Shown: one piece after another, positions 46,835-58,420 of the stretch
Layout of the letters: each line of letters opens with the position of its first letter
Position numbering within the stretch: position 1 is the first letter of the stretch
Source of the DNA: Podospora anserina
Taxonomy: Eukaryota
Direction of reading: 5' to 3'
Assembly (NCBI GenBank): GCA_017654855.1
Contig: CM030338.1
Span: forward strand, 1,550,001-1,614,000
DNA: 64,000 bases
Notes under the pieces: model-generated
What the model was told of the DNA's origin: nothing
The model's database searches: none
What the model saw: only the letters and a program-made list of their open reading frames with translations
Program-made: the position numbers and the translations under genes

Positions 46835-49626
46835 TCACGGGCTCTCCCCGATGATATACTTTTCCTGCTGGAAGCTCAACAAGAACTTGGCCACCAGCCT
46901 CCCCGTGTAGTTGAACCCGACGTCCCTTGGATAGGGGTGTTCCTCCACGTTTGGCAGGATCGGATCAGCCGTCAAAAAGTCAAGTTCGCTCCCTATTTCC
47001 CCACCTTTAGCATCATCCCATCATCATTTTTTAAGGAAAACGAAAAAAAAAAGAAAAAGAAAAAGAAGAAGAAAAAAACTCACAAGCATCATAATCCTCC
47101 AAGCTCATCAACCTCCTCAACCCCCTCACCATCTCCTCCTCCTCCCTCCCCAGCAATTTATCCTCCACCTTGTTCGCCTCGTCCACCCACCCCTCCTCGA
47201 GCGGGTTAAAGCTCCTCTGGCTGACCTCCCTCGAGTAAGTCTGATACACCATGTGAAACATGATGCCAAACTGCCTGAAAGGTAACTGCTCAATCTCCCT
47301 GTTCACCCCCAGTGCGAAACCCCTCTTCAGCGTTGGCCTCTCCCCGTTTCGTAGAGAGATCTCATTGTCAGAAATGACAAAATTATCTGCTGCCGTCTCG
47401 ACACTTTCCATGAAGAGGCAGAGGACTAAGAAGGCGGCTAGGCAAGGGGCCCATTCCTTGCGGAGTTTAGGCTTGAGGGATTTGGAGAATGATTCGAACA
47501 GGAGCTGCATTTCTCTGGTCAGGATATCATCGATGAGGGCTTTGAGCTGGCGGTTCAGCAACCGGGGTGTGACCCACGGATTGGACGGGTCGAGGGGGGG
47601 AAGGAGGGGGGATAAAGAAGTGATGGAGTTGGGTGTGAGGCAGAGGTGCCGGGTCAGGACAAAATGCATGGCGTAGATCGCCAGCGCTCGCTTGACGATG
47701 GCGGAGTCGGTTTTGTGGGCGTAGGTGTGGATGATGGAGAGGATTTTCCGGGGTATGTCGGTGTGTCGAAGGTTGGAGGTGACCAGGGAGGCGTATTCTG
47801 GCTCGGAGACGATGGAGGCGATGTACTCTTTGATCTTGCGTTTGAGTTCTTCTCTCTGGGCGCCGGTGGTGGCTTTGATGTCGAGGCCGATGGGGGCCGA
47901 GCCGCGGGCTTGGAGGTCGACGGTGTTGTGGCCTGTTTGGAGGTGGTAGTGCCGGAGGACGTCCGCTGATAGAGATCGCGGAGTAAAAAACTTGGCTTTG
48001 ATCTGGAGGCGGGCGGAGAGGCCGAGACCGGAGAAGAGCTCGACTGTGCAGGGGCGTTCGACGCCGTCGAGGGTGAAGGAGGAGACGTTTGTTTCGATGA
48101 ATTGGGTAATTTCTTCTTTGCGGAAGTGGCGGCGGATGAAATCTGGAAACAGAACAGGCATGAAGTCGGGGAACTGCCAGCAGACAGCTTGGGGGACCTG
48201 ATGGGTGAGCTTGACGCAGTTGCGGCATGGTCGTTCCATATCGCATTTGACCTTTCGGGCATGACAACAGAAACAAGCGCCCTTTCGTCGGACTTGAAGG
48301 GCAGATTGTTTGGTGTCCGTCGCCAACGGTCCCTTCCTCCCACGCTGTGAAGGTCTCAACGCCTCGAAACACTCGAAGGGATTGCTCTGCTGGTTTGGAT
48401 TTGTCGACTGACTTTGAGCATGCGCATTAATTGTCGACGGCGTCACAATCAAAAACTTCGCCTGTCCTGAAGTGCTCCCCGAACTCGAAGGCGTCGGGCT
48501 TGGTGATTTACTCTTCCCCTTTGCAGTCTGCAGCTGCCCCTGAGAAGCAGCCAGCCGCGCACTCAACGTCGAGGAACTCATCGAATCCGTCGGGCTGGCC
48601 TTCCGCTTCGTTACTCGATAACTATTCCCTGCACTCCCCGATGGCCCTTTGTTACTCTTCCTCACTGGTATCGGCGCCGTCTTTGGCTGCTGCTGCTCTG
48701 GCACCACAACCCCCTGCTCCCACCGGATCACCATCCCGGGGCTCTTCGGCGGTGTGCTCGCCGGCGGGCTCAAACTAGGCGTATACTCGATATAACTCGG
48801 CGGGCTAGGTGAAACCGTCTCAAAGTCAAAACTCGGATCTTCAATCACGAAAATCCCTGGGCTGGAGTTTGCGCTGGTGACCAGGTTGTTGTTGTTGTTA
48901 GGTGGCCCGGTAGTAATCGTCGGCCTGTTGATCAACTCTGGTGTTGTCGTTATCACCGTCTGCGTAGTATGTCCGGCTCTCAAGTTAAACGGCTCCCAAG
49001 GTCCCGACTGTGCCGAGGTGTCAAAGTTGATCTCTCCCAGCCCTTCCATCCCAAGAAAGCTCTGTTGTTGGTGTTGGTGTTGCTGCTGCTGCGGTTGCTG
49101 CGGCATCTGCTCCAACCCAGGAATAACTCCCGAAAAGGCGCTGTTATACAACCCAAAATCTGCCATCACATCAACATCCCTCCTCTCCCATCTCATCCCA
49201 TCAGCGTTACTCACCTGTATCAAACATAAAACCCCCTCCCATATTCCCCACCGTCCCCATCCCCCCCATTTGTCCCAACCCATCCCCGACCTGCGCGCCC
49301 AAAAACTCGCCCCCCAAGTCAACATAACTCCCCGAGTAACTACTCCCCTGCCCCTGACTGAGCTGTTCATGGCTGTTGATCGGGCTCACCGGACCACCAA
49401 TACTCGTCTGCCCCAGCATAGCCCACGAACTGCCCAAACTGTTGCTCAGACTTGCCGGGCTGGTCATGAAGCTCCCCCCTCCAGCGCCGGCGCCCACTGG
49501 CGATGGTGATGTGCCATCGCCGATGGTGGTGTGGACGGCGGCCCAGAAGGCTTGTTCGTCTTCGGGATCGAGGTTGTAGTCGGACGAGAGGGGGGAGGTT
49601 CCCGGGGCGGAGGCAACCGAGGCCAT
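46835..49626 (-). CDS. Zn(II)2Cys6 transcription factor with an internal binuclear cluster
   Basis: Exons 49626-49215, 49159-47084, 46992-46835. ACFCCHARKVKCDMERPCRNCVKLTHQVPQAVC after a long Q/S/P-rich N-terminus; preceded by RGRKGPL. Confidence 0.88.
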
Positions 49627-50551
49627 GGCTGCTGTATAGAATGTACCGTTATCTTTTTAAAGCCTTCTTCTTGTTGGTGCCAGATATACGTGATGGGTTT
49701 TTGCGCGCGCGCTTGGATAGACGTTCAAGATATGTACCGGGGCGGTATCTCGTCGTCGCACTTCGTACAGGCACCTCAGTCGCAGTCGCAAAAAGTGTTC
49801 GTCCGCTCAATATCTCACACAATAAAATCACATACACCCAACAAAACAGTTCAACAAGACCGCGAATACGGAGTCCAAGTTCGAAAAATGATAAACTGTA
49901 TATTCTCTCCAAAACGTGGGGGAAGAAGGAAAGGTAGGTCATATCCCATCCCACGAAATCGCATGAACCACCCCTCAGCCTCCCCGCTATCCCCAAATCA
50001 GCGACCGAACCGTTGCACCTCTCCCGCCCACCGCCAAGCCCCAGGACTTGACCCCCCCCCCCAAAGCGCGCTAAACCCAATTCGATTACCGATGGGCCTC
50101 GGTGTGGCACAACAGGCGACCGACCGTCATACCGAGCGTCTTTATTTCAGACAAAACATTTCTCTTTTCGCATCATATGCCCACCTGTCGTGTACACACT
50201 TTATCAATCATGACGAAAAACACTCAAGGTTCATATTGATTGATACCTTGACTCTTTTGCCTTGCCTTGCCTTGCCCCGAGCCAAACCGTCGGTAACCAC
50301 TTCAAGTAACGGTAGGTAACCTTTCACAAAGTCACCATCATCACCCACTGCATAACATCAACAAGAGACAGAGAGTATCAAGACAAAAACGTATCAGATT
50401 TTGAAACAAAGCGTAAGTTGGCAACGCGGCTCCATAAAACGCTTTCTTTCATCAAAGCCTCCATACAACAAGTAGATATATAATATATATATGGCATGCA
50501 AACGCAGAAACGACTGTAACCTCCCATCCCACAATGGTGATGATGTACGCG

Positions 50552-51120
50552 CAAAAAAAGCAGATAGCCTCCCTCCTTTCTCCAAAGCAAAAAAAAAACA
50601 GATAGCCACTCCCTTGTCTTCAACATGAATAGCAAAACAAAACAAAAAAAGCAGATAACCTCCCTTTCTGTCTTCGAGTGTCAAAGCAAGAGCAAAAAGT
50701 CAGATAGCCTCTCTCAGCAGTTAGAAAGTAAAAAAGAAGCAGCAAATCAGAATAACCTCCCTCCAGTCTTCAAGATGCGCAGCGCAGAAGAAAAAAAAGC
50801 AGATAGCCATCCCAACCTCTGTCCAACCCACCCCACCAGCACACCCCCTTACAAAAGACTCCTCGCCAACACACACACAATACAACAAAAACAGACAAAA
50901 CAATGCTCTCAAAAGCCAGATAGACTCCCGCCCAGAAAAACATCATACATCATGCCAGCCCCTTAACATCCCTCGTCCTCACATACATACAACAACAAAA
51001 ACAACAACCCCAAGTATCAATAGCCCTAGTAGACAAAAAACAACGACAACAACAATACAATAACAACCTTAGAAAAAAAGAAGGAGAAGAAAAAGACATT
51101 TCAATCAGATAGCCACCCCA
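50552..51120. repeat. Degenerate array of A-run + CAGATARCC + C-rich units
   Basis: Core at 50561, 50599, 50652, 50701, 50748 (CAGAATAACC), 50800, 50917 (CAGATAGAC), 51106; spacing 38-53 nt for the first six. Confidence 0.8.
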
Positions 51121-51859
51121 ACCCAAACCATAAAAAATTAAAAAGCAACCATACAACCATCATCCACTCAACCCACGATATAAAAAACGCAAAAAAGTCC
51201 AACCACACCACTTCTCTGTTTTTCGTCAAATACCAAACAACATACCCCCGCCATAATCTCTTTACATCTTCATCATGTTCTTCATCAACAACAGCATCGC
51301 CAATTCACCACACACACAAAAGGAAAAGGAAGAAAAAAAAAAGAGTCCATGGAATACCAGAAATAAGTTGAGCAACGTCCCATAAAGATTGCGATGAAAA
51401 TGAAAAACAAGTTCCCTCGAATAACATGGAATAAAGATCCTAGGTAAATATATTCCCTCCGCCGCCGTCGCCGCCCGCCCGAGCCTCTCCCCTTTCTGTG
51501 CGTCTTGTTTGTGTCCAGTCCAGTCCCGATACAGTCCAGTCGAATTCAGTTTTCAGTTTCCAGCAGGCAGACCCCTTCTGGGTGAGCAGCCCGCAATTTC
51601 TTTTCGCCTGTCTGTCTGTCATCCAAAAAGCCCTCCTGGGCAGGGAGCAAGTATCCAAAAATATTTTTGTCGTTGTTTTTCGGCTTTTTTTTTGTGTCGT
51701 TTTCTTTTTGGTGGTCAAAGATCCAGGTCCATGGTTTCCTTTGGCAATTCTTTTGGTAAAAAAATCCTTTCTCCAAATCCCAGGAAAAAATGGAAGAAAA
51801 AAAAAAGGAATGAAGTAGTTCCTGGCGGAACCAAATCCAAAAATAAAGGGCCATATGCC

Positions 51860-53200
51860 TCAACGGAACCTCCCCGCGGCCGCGGCAGCAGCTCGCTCCT
51901 GAATCTGCTGTTCCGTTGATACATATAGCCTGTCCAAATAGTCCATGGCCTGGGCATCCTTGAGGATCTTGGCCACCTGGATGCCCGCCGAGATGAGCTG
52001 CAAAATATTCCGGTCGTCTTTCAGCGGTCGAGACTGGTGCTTTGCCGCATGTCGCATCTCCAACGAGTTCTCCAAAATCGTCACAAACTGCTTGATCTGG
52101 CCGTTGTATAGCACCCGGGCGGGGATCCGCCTTTTCGTTGCCAGCCTTTTCAGCAGGTACACCCACTCGGTCCATTCACGGTCCTGCGGGCGCTCGACGG
52201 GTCGCATGTCCTGTGTAAGTGGGATCGGAAACTGGTACTTGGCAACAAAGTCATAAGCGCACTGCGAGAGCCGGTCGTTGACCTGAGTCAGGACACTATC
52301 CTGCTCTTGGACAAGGAGATGGGTCGGGAGAGTTGGGAGGTCTCGTTCGGACATCGCAATGTACTCTGGCGGAGGTCTCTTCAGAAACTGGTGCGGCCCA
52401 TCAAACTCATCCCGGTTCGACGGACGTCGCTGCGATCGTGGCTTTCCGTTCATCTTGTTCTTGTTCCCTGGCTGGGACATTCCGATGGCCGAGTTCTCCA
52501 GGGAGTAGTCGGACATGTTGGGAGACGTCATGAGATCATCCATGGAGCCCGATGGCGAGTACCTCCCTTGATATGGCCCCTGTGGTGGGGGCTGATGCTG
52601 AGGAGGGGCGCCCTGATACTGCCTCTGGTGATCCCAAGGCTGGGAGTTCATACCGTTCATGCCGTTCATGCCGTTCATGCCGTTCATGCCGTTCATGCCG
52701 TTCATACCATTCATGCCCTTGTATGAGACCTGAGATGGTGGCGCCGGGCTCGAGTACTGGCTTGGCGGTTGGGTCATACGCGGATTGAAGGCTGTCGCTG
52801 GCGCAAAGGGCGACTCAGCCGCGGCTCGCCCTACCTGGCTGACATTCCCGAGCGAAAGGTTGGCTGGGAGGTGGTATGAAGAAGAGTTTCCATGTGTGTA
52901 AGTCACGCTGGAAAGAGGTTGCCGGTTACTCTCGCTGTCCTGAAGCTGAAGGAGGTGGGTGCTGAGTGGCTGAACATCTTACCTCTGTGGGAGGTACGGG
53001 TTGCTCCCCGTCTCAAACCTGCCATTGTGATATTGATCACTGTATATCGGGCTTTGGGGTCGCCTGTCAGCTGTTCGTGTCCTTTCATTCCCTCCCGCAA
53101 AACGGGGTTCTTCGAGATCTTGTTCCCACCTGCGCGATTGTAGCCATCGGTCATTGGATACCGCGGCCGAGGAACGGTACGCAAAGTCCGGCTGGGCCAT
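51860..53200 (-). CDS. Conserved hypothetical protein: low-complexity N-terminus and globular helical C-terminal domain
   Basis: accATGg start at 53200 (MAQPDFAY), intron 52982-52908 (GTAAGA...CAG) joins in frame to the 348-aa ORF; C-domain QVNDRLSQCAYDFVAKYQFPIP...EWTEWVYLLKRLATKRRIPAR. Confidence 0.78.
52646..52717 (-). repeat. Coding 9-nt tandem repeat, (GMN)x8
   Basis: GTTCATRCC-type units on the plus strand; translated KGMNGMNGMNGMNGMNGMNGMNGMNS. Confidence 0.92.
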
Positions 53201-56200
53201 GGTGGTTCCTCTTTTTTTTTTCAAGTTGTCCTGCTCCCGGCTGGGATCTCCAAAAAGCGGCTTCCCGGGTCGTCTGTTTTTTCGCTCACCCGCAAGTGGC
53301 AGTGTTGCTTTCTTTGCTGAAAACAATTCAAGAAAAACGCACAAAATACAAAACAGAAAATCGAAACGGTTCCACGGAGCGATAGGGCGCGGCCAGAGGG
53401 TAAACAGCAATCAGTCCAGAAGGGCAACGGAGAAAAAAAACCTGCGGCCGGGATTTCCTTGGATGGCCGAGTACCAAAAGTCTTCATAAAAAAATCAGGG
53501 TCTCCACGCGGGCGGCGAGAACCTCACTGGGATGTGTCTTTGACCGAATGGCAATCGGGCTGTGGTCCGGCAGAGCGGTTGACCATGGACTAGCAGCGGA
53601 GTCTAGCTTGGGCGCTGCTGGGGAATATCGCTCCGGCTCCTCTTTTTCAACGTCGCCGGTGCGGTTTTGCTGAGACTTGTGTCCTCGCGGGACTGGCGGA
53701 TGAGAGGCCCAAACGACAAGACGAAGCCGATTCAGATCCACGATGGAGACATATATCCCCCCTCGCTGGCCGCGCTGGTGTCAAGGAGGAGGGGGCCGGG
53801 TGGCGAGAGCAGCACTTCCACGACCGAGACTGACAACAAAGTGGCCGACACAGCAGGACAGGTGGAATGGAAAATGACAATCTTGACACGCAGCTCAGTT
53901 CAACTCAGTTCCGCGTCGCTCGGTGCGCCCAACATGGACCGGGAAGCCGGATGGGAAGGGTGGGAGCAAGCCGGTGCTCACTGCCCGCAACACCACTCAC
54001 TCGCATACAAGGCCGACTTCGTGACTTTGGTTGCTTGGCGCTCCCCGGATGATGGAATTTCGAGAATATGGAGGTGAGCGAGTCGGGCAACGACCAAGCG
54101 GGTGCAAGTGACGATTTCTCTGGCCAGACATGAGTTGATGGGAAGATCCATGCGGTCGCCATCCAATGGTGTCTACGCCCACACAACGCCCATGGCCGTG
54201 ATCCAAGCCATTCGCACTCTGCCATGCTGCACTTTGCTGGCGCCGGTGCTCGACAAGCACAATGCGATGAACGGGGAAGCGGTAGGGCATCGTTGGGCAC
54301 CAGATGGAAATCTTCGAAGCGGGTTACAACTCTGCGGTGTCGCCCAATGCCCAGACCCTCGGCAGTCGTGATTGGTGCCAGGAAGCTCCCTGTTCTCCGA
54401 GGCGGCACATCTGATTAGGGAACCGATCGAAGCGACTGACGTTGGGCACGAACACGTCTCGCTGCACCAGCCCAACCATGCTGCCGCCCTATCATGCTAT
54501 CTCGTCGTCTGGTCTGCCGTGATGCCACGCAGCAGTGCTTCTTGACCGCTCCCGACTGCGTCCGGTCCGTCGACGACGCCGTCCGGTCTGACCCTTGGAG
54601 TGTTGACACGGCATCAGTTAGCCCCCATTTCCCCCCACAACCCCTTCCCACGCTTCCCATCCTCCCCCACGGCCTACTTTTTTCTTAAGAGGAGGTCCAT
54701 GGCCGAGGCCACCCGCGTCATTGTTCCTGTCCTGGATGCAAATTTGGCATGAGGCATCGCGCCTTGCCCAAGACGGACAACTGACACAGTACTTTTTCTG
54801 CCGAGATGGGGACATCACCTTCAATCAAGGTATCATTTTTCTTCCACCCCACGTGCTTTGCACCCACACTGTAGCCCGACAACACCCACCGATGGGCGAT
54901 GATAAGACTTCAGCCCCGAACGGCCCGGAGTTCGGGGGCTGAAGCTCGCCGGCACCACTTACAAGATCAGGCCGGACCCTCTCACTCACTTCTAACCTTA
55001 CCCAGAGATTCCCTGTTTTGGACTTCCTGAGCCTCTGGACCCCAACCCCGGATGGAGACCTCTTGGAGCCCATGGATATGGATTGGTGTGGTTTCCACCA
55101 CCTGCGCATTGCTGTCATCATGATGCGCGCTCCTCGTGAGAGGAGTTGCTGTTTCTCCTGGCGAGAGATGAGAAAAAGTCTGTTTGACGAGGTAAGGTAA
55201 ATTATCGCCGATGCTCTCCAGAGACTTGCCTGTGATGGACTTTGTTTCCGCGGAAGGAGGCACCCCTTTTCCCCCTTAAACTTTCTCTAGGTCCCAATTA
55301 GCAACACTCTGGCTGCCCTCCATCCGCATGTGGAAGGAGACCTGCACATTGCAATCCGATTTCTTGTGCGCAGGATGCCGTTCACCTGGTTGAAGACATC
55401 AACTGTCACATTTTAGCCTTCATCCGCCGTATCTGCCGTCCCCCTCTCTTTCAGAAAGCCTCGGAATCGACAAACCCAACCCCAACCCCAACCCGAACAG
55501 TTCGCCATCACACGACAACAACAGCCTCGGGAGGATGTAGCGGAATCCCATGTTTCACGGGGCTTGCTTGGTGCGTGATGTGTCGCCCAAGCTTTGCAGC
55601 CTCGCCTTACTTTTGGTCCTTGAATACCACCAGTCAGATGTGAGGAATGAGGCTCTCGCCGAGTCCGGGCAGCTCTTCGTCATGTGGCACAAATCTCCGA
55701 GTTGAGATCACACCTGGGTCATGCAAGAGCATTTCCAAGAGCCATGAGCAGGCGTGTGTGCTGATGAAGCACGCTGAAGATACAAGATAGGGCTAGGGCC
55801 AGCAGATGCCTGGCGCTTTAGTGAGTAGTAACCCCCATCAATGGTCACCCGAAAGCGGTATCTAACAACGGGCCAGGCTTTGTAGAAAGATTGAAGCCAA
55901 TACACTGCCTGGACAAGCCTTGTCGGCCAGCCTGATTGCAAGAGTCCTATCCGGGGTTGGTTGTGGAGGTTGATGATGTCCCAGGATTTACACATGCTGA
56001 GGGATGGGGTCCGAGCCACGCCTACTTACCTGGTTTCCGGGGCTGCCACACCTGTTGTTGACCTTGGGTGAAGGATCCTACACTGCAGCTCAGAAGAAGA
56101 AGAAGCCGACCAACAACGTGCCAACTTGCAGCCCTCGACAACGTCTGTTCTTATGAAGAATGGCAGAAAGGGGAGCCGGGCGACATCTCCAGGAGTGGAC

Positions 56201-58420
56201 ACTTGAAGAGGGCCCCGTCGTTGACAGGACGAGACACCAGCCATCGACAAACTTGGTCAACAATACTCGAGCCATCGACGCCGATTCGTTCGCCCATCGA
56301 CAACCGTATGATGAACGCCGCTTGGTCAACGTCTTTGGCCGGCAGACATCCACATCAGACCCTAGCTGCATACTGAGCAATGAGTTGGAGGGGCTGTTGC
56401 TGATGTGGCGAGCAAGTGGGCGAGTTTGGTGCTTTTGGCCATTGTGTATCTGACTGATGCCAACCCAGCTGAGTCTCGAGATGTCTTGCACGACATCAAG
56501 CCAGGCAATGAGGAGGTCTGGTCTTCAGGACACCTGTCGCAGACACCCAATCAAGGTACGCTCTCCCATCGACAATATCGCGGCTACTGCGGATCGATCA
56601 AAAAATCAGTCGATGCATATCTTTGAGGGTCTCATGCACAGTCGACCAGATGTAGCAGTTGCGCATTCTCGCGGCATCTCTTGTCCCGTGTAAGTGAGAT
56701 CCAGACCCTTCCATCTACCGTTGCAGTGGTAGCAACTGATCTGAGATTGACAACAAGCAGTGCATATCAGGAACGAGCTCTCCAATGATGTCGACAAAAA
56801 ATGCACTTTTGCTCTTCGATGTGACTGAGTCATGGAGCCTCGGACGAAACATCAATCTCGCAGTCTCGGCATGCGTCGAAAGTGAGGCGGCTGCATGTCC
56901 AAAGCACGACCAAGTACGGGGACATCGCGTGTTTGGGCATTGCTGAGTTGGCAGAGAGAGGGGAGTGAAGGGCCGAACCGATTACCCATCACAGAGCCTT
57001 CAGAACCGATTGGGAGCACCACCATCATCGCCGCCGACGTCCAAGCAAAACTCGTCCAGCTGCCGTGGTGGCTTTCCCATCATGACCGGTCAACGACAGG
57101 ATTTCCATTTTTGGATATCCAGGTTCTGAACCAAAACCGGGCGAAACTGAACTGACAGGAGGCGCCTTTGCTCTTGTCCATTCACACGAGAGAGCGAGGC
57201 ACCAAGCAGGTGAGCTTGGTTGGTATTGGCTATCGTGGCCCACTTGTAGACGACTGGCTGGTGGACAGCAATGGTAAGACAACCCCTCTTCTTCTGTTGA
57301 ACAGCAGCATGCCGCCGAGAGTGTTTCCTGAGACATGACGACGCCGAGCACTGCGGGGTCGTAGCATGGTTTCCATGAGGTCGGCAATCTGGGGACGGTT
57401 TGCTGCGTGAGTGGTCTTTTCGATCTTGGTGACCCTTCAACAAGAGCGCGCGAGCAGCAGCACTGGCGGCAACGGCGTCTGTCCTATCGGTGCTTCTCTC
57501 GCTATCTGTGTCATCAGGCTGTCAGTGATTTGATCTGGATTATCCGAATATCCCGCAACAAACAGGTGAGGAGTATGTCAAGGGAGTGTAAGTGAATGTG
57601 ACAGGTCGAAGCTGAGCTGGCACAGGACCTGTCTGCATCTTCCATAGGTCATAGTTGCATGACGGCGTCGCACACCGCTGACGACTGGTTGGATATCCTG
57701 TTTCTGGTCTGCTCGGCGGGGCTCTTGAAGCGATTCCGGCCTATCAGCAGAGGTGGTGATAGCTAGCCTGCAACATGAGCAGGGGACAGGCTGCATCAGA
57801 CGGAATGCCAACGCATCACTGCAGAGGCACTAGGCCGTCGAGCCGGCCGACTCTGATGAGGTTCTCGTGTGAGATTGGCGAAGAGATTGCAGCGCGGTGC
57901 AGCGACGCGCAGGTATACGCAGGGAGTCGCAGCAAAAGTGCAGAAAGGAAGCAGCAGGAAACATTGCGATGGACGGTGCCGAGACGAGAAGCGAACAGCC
58001 AGAGCGGGGTCTCATCAGACAAGACGAGCCTGTCTTCGAATGACAGCGTAGATTTAAAAACCCGCGCGCCCCTTCCTTGCCCAACAGTTGTCCTTTCCCC
58101 CCAGAGAACTCTTTCCACACCAGAGCCCAACGAGACCCGCCATCGTTCATCGTTACTGCCCAACCTGACGCCATCCTTCCTCACTGGTTCTCTTTTTTAT
58201 ATACCTGAACGCCTCACCGCTCCTCTCTGCCTCCACACAGAAACCACGCCAGTCTCCCCAAGACTCCATCACCACTTCCATCCCCACAGGACACTCTTCC
58301 TTCTGCCACTGGATCCTTTCCCAAGACGGACAAGACACGTTGGAAGCCTCCATTGCTGTCGTTGTCTAGAGAGCAGTCACAAGCTCACATCTTGCATTGC
58401 CGCATTGCCTGCCGTCTGGA

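Noticed and set aside
50552-51120. CRISPR-like repeat-spacer appearance
   Set aside because: Eukaryotic locus, 9-nt degenerate core, low-complexity related spacers and no cas genes.
55100-57700. Scattered splice-like signals and a signal-peptide-like ORF at 56405-56626
   Set aside because: ORF begins at GTG with no in-frame ATG; no consistent exon chain. A lncRNA cannot be excluded without RNA data.
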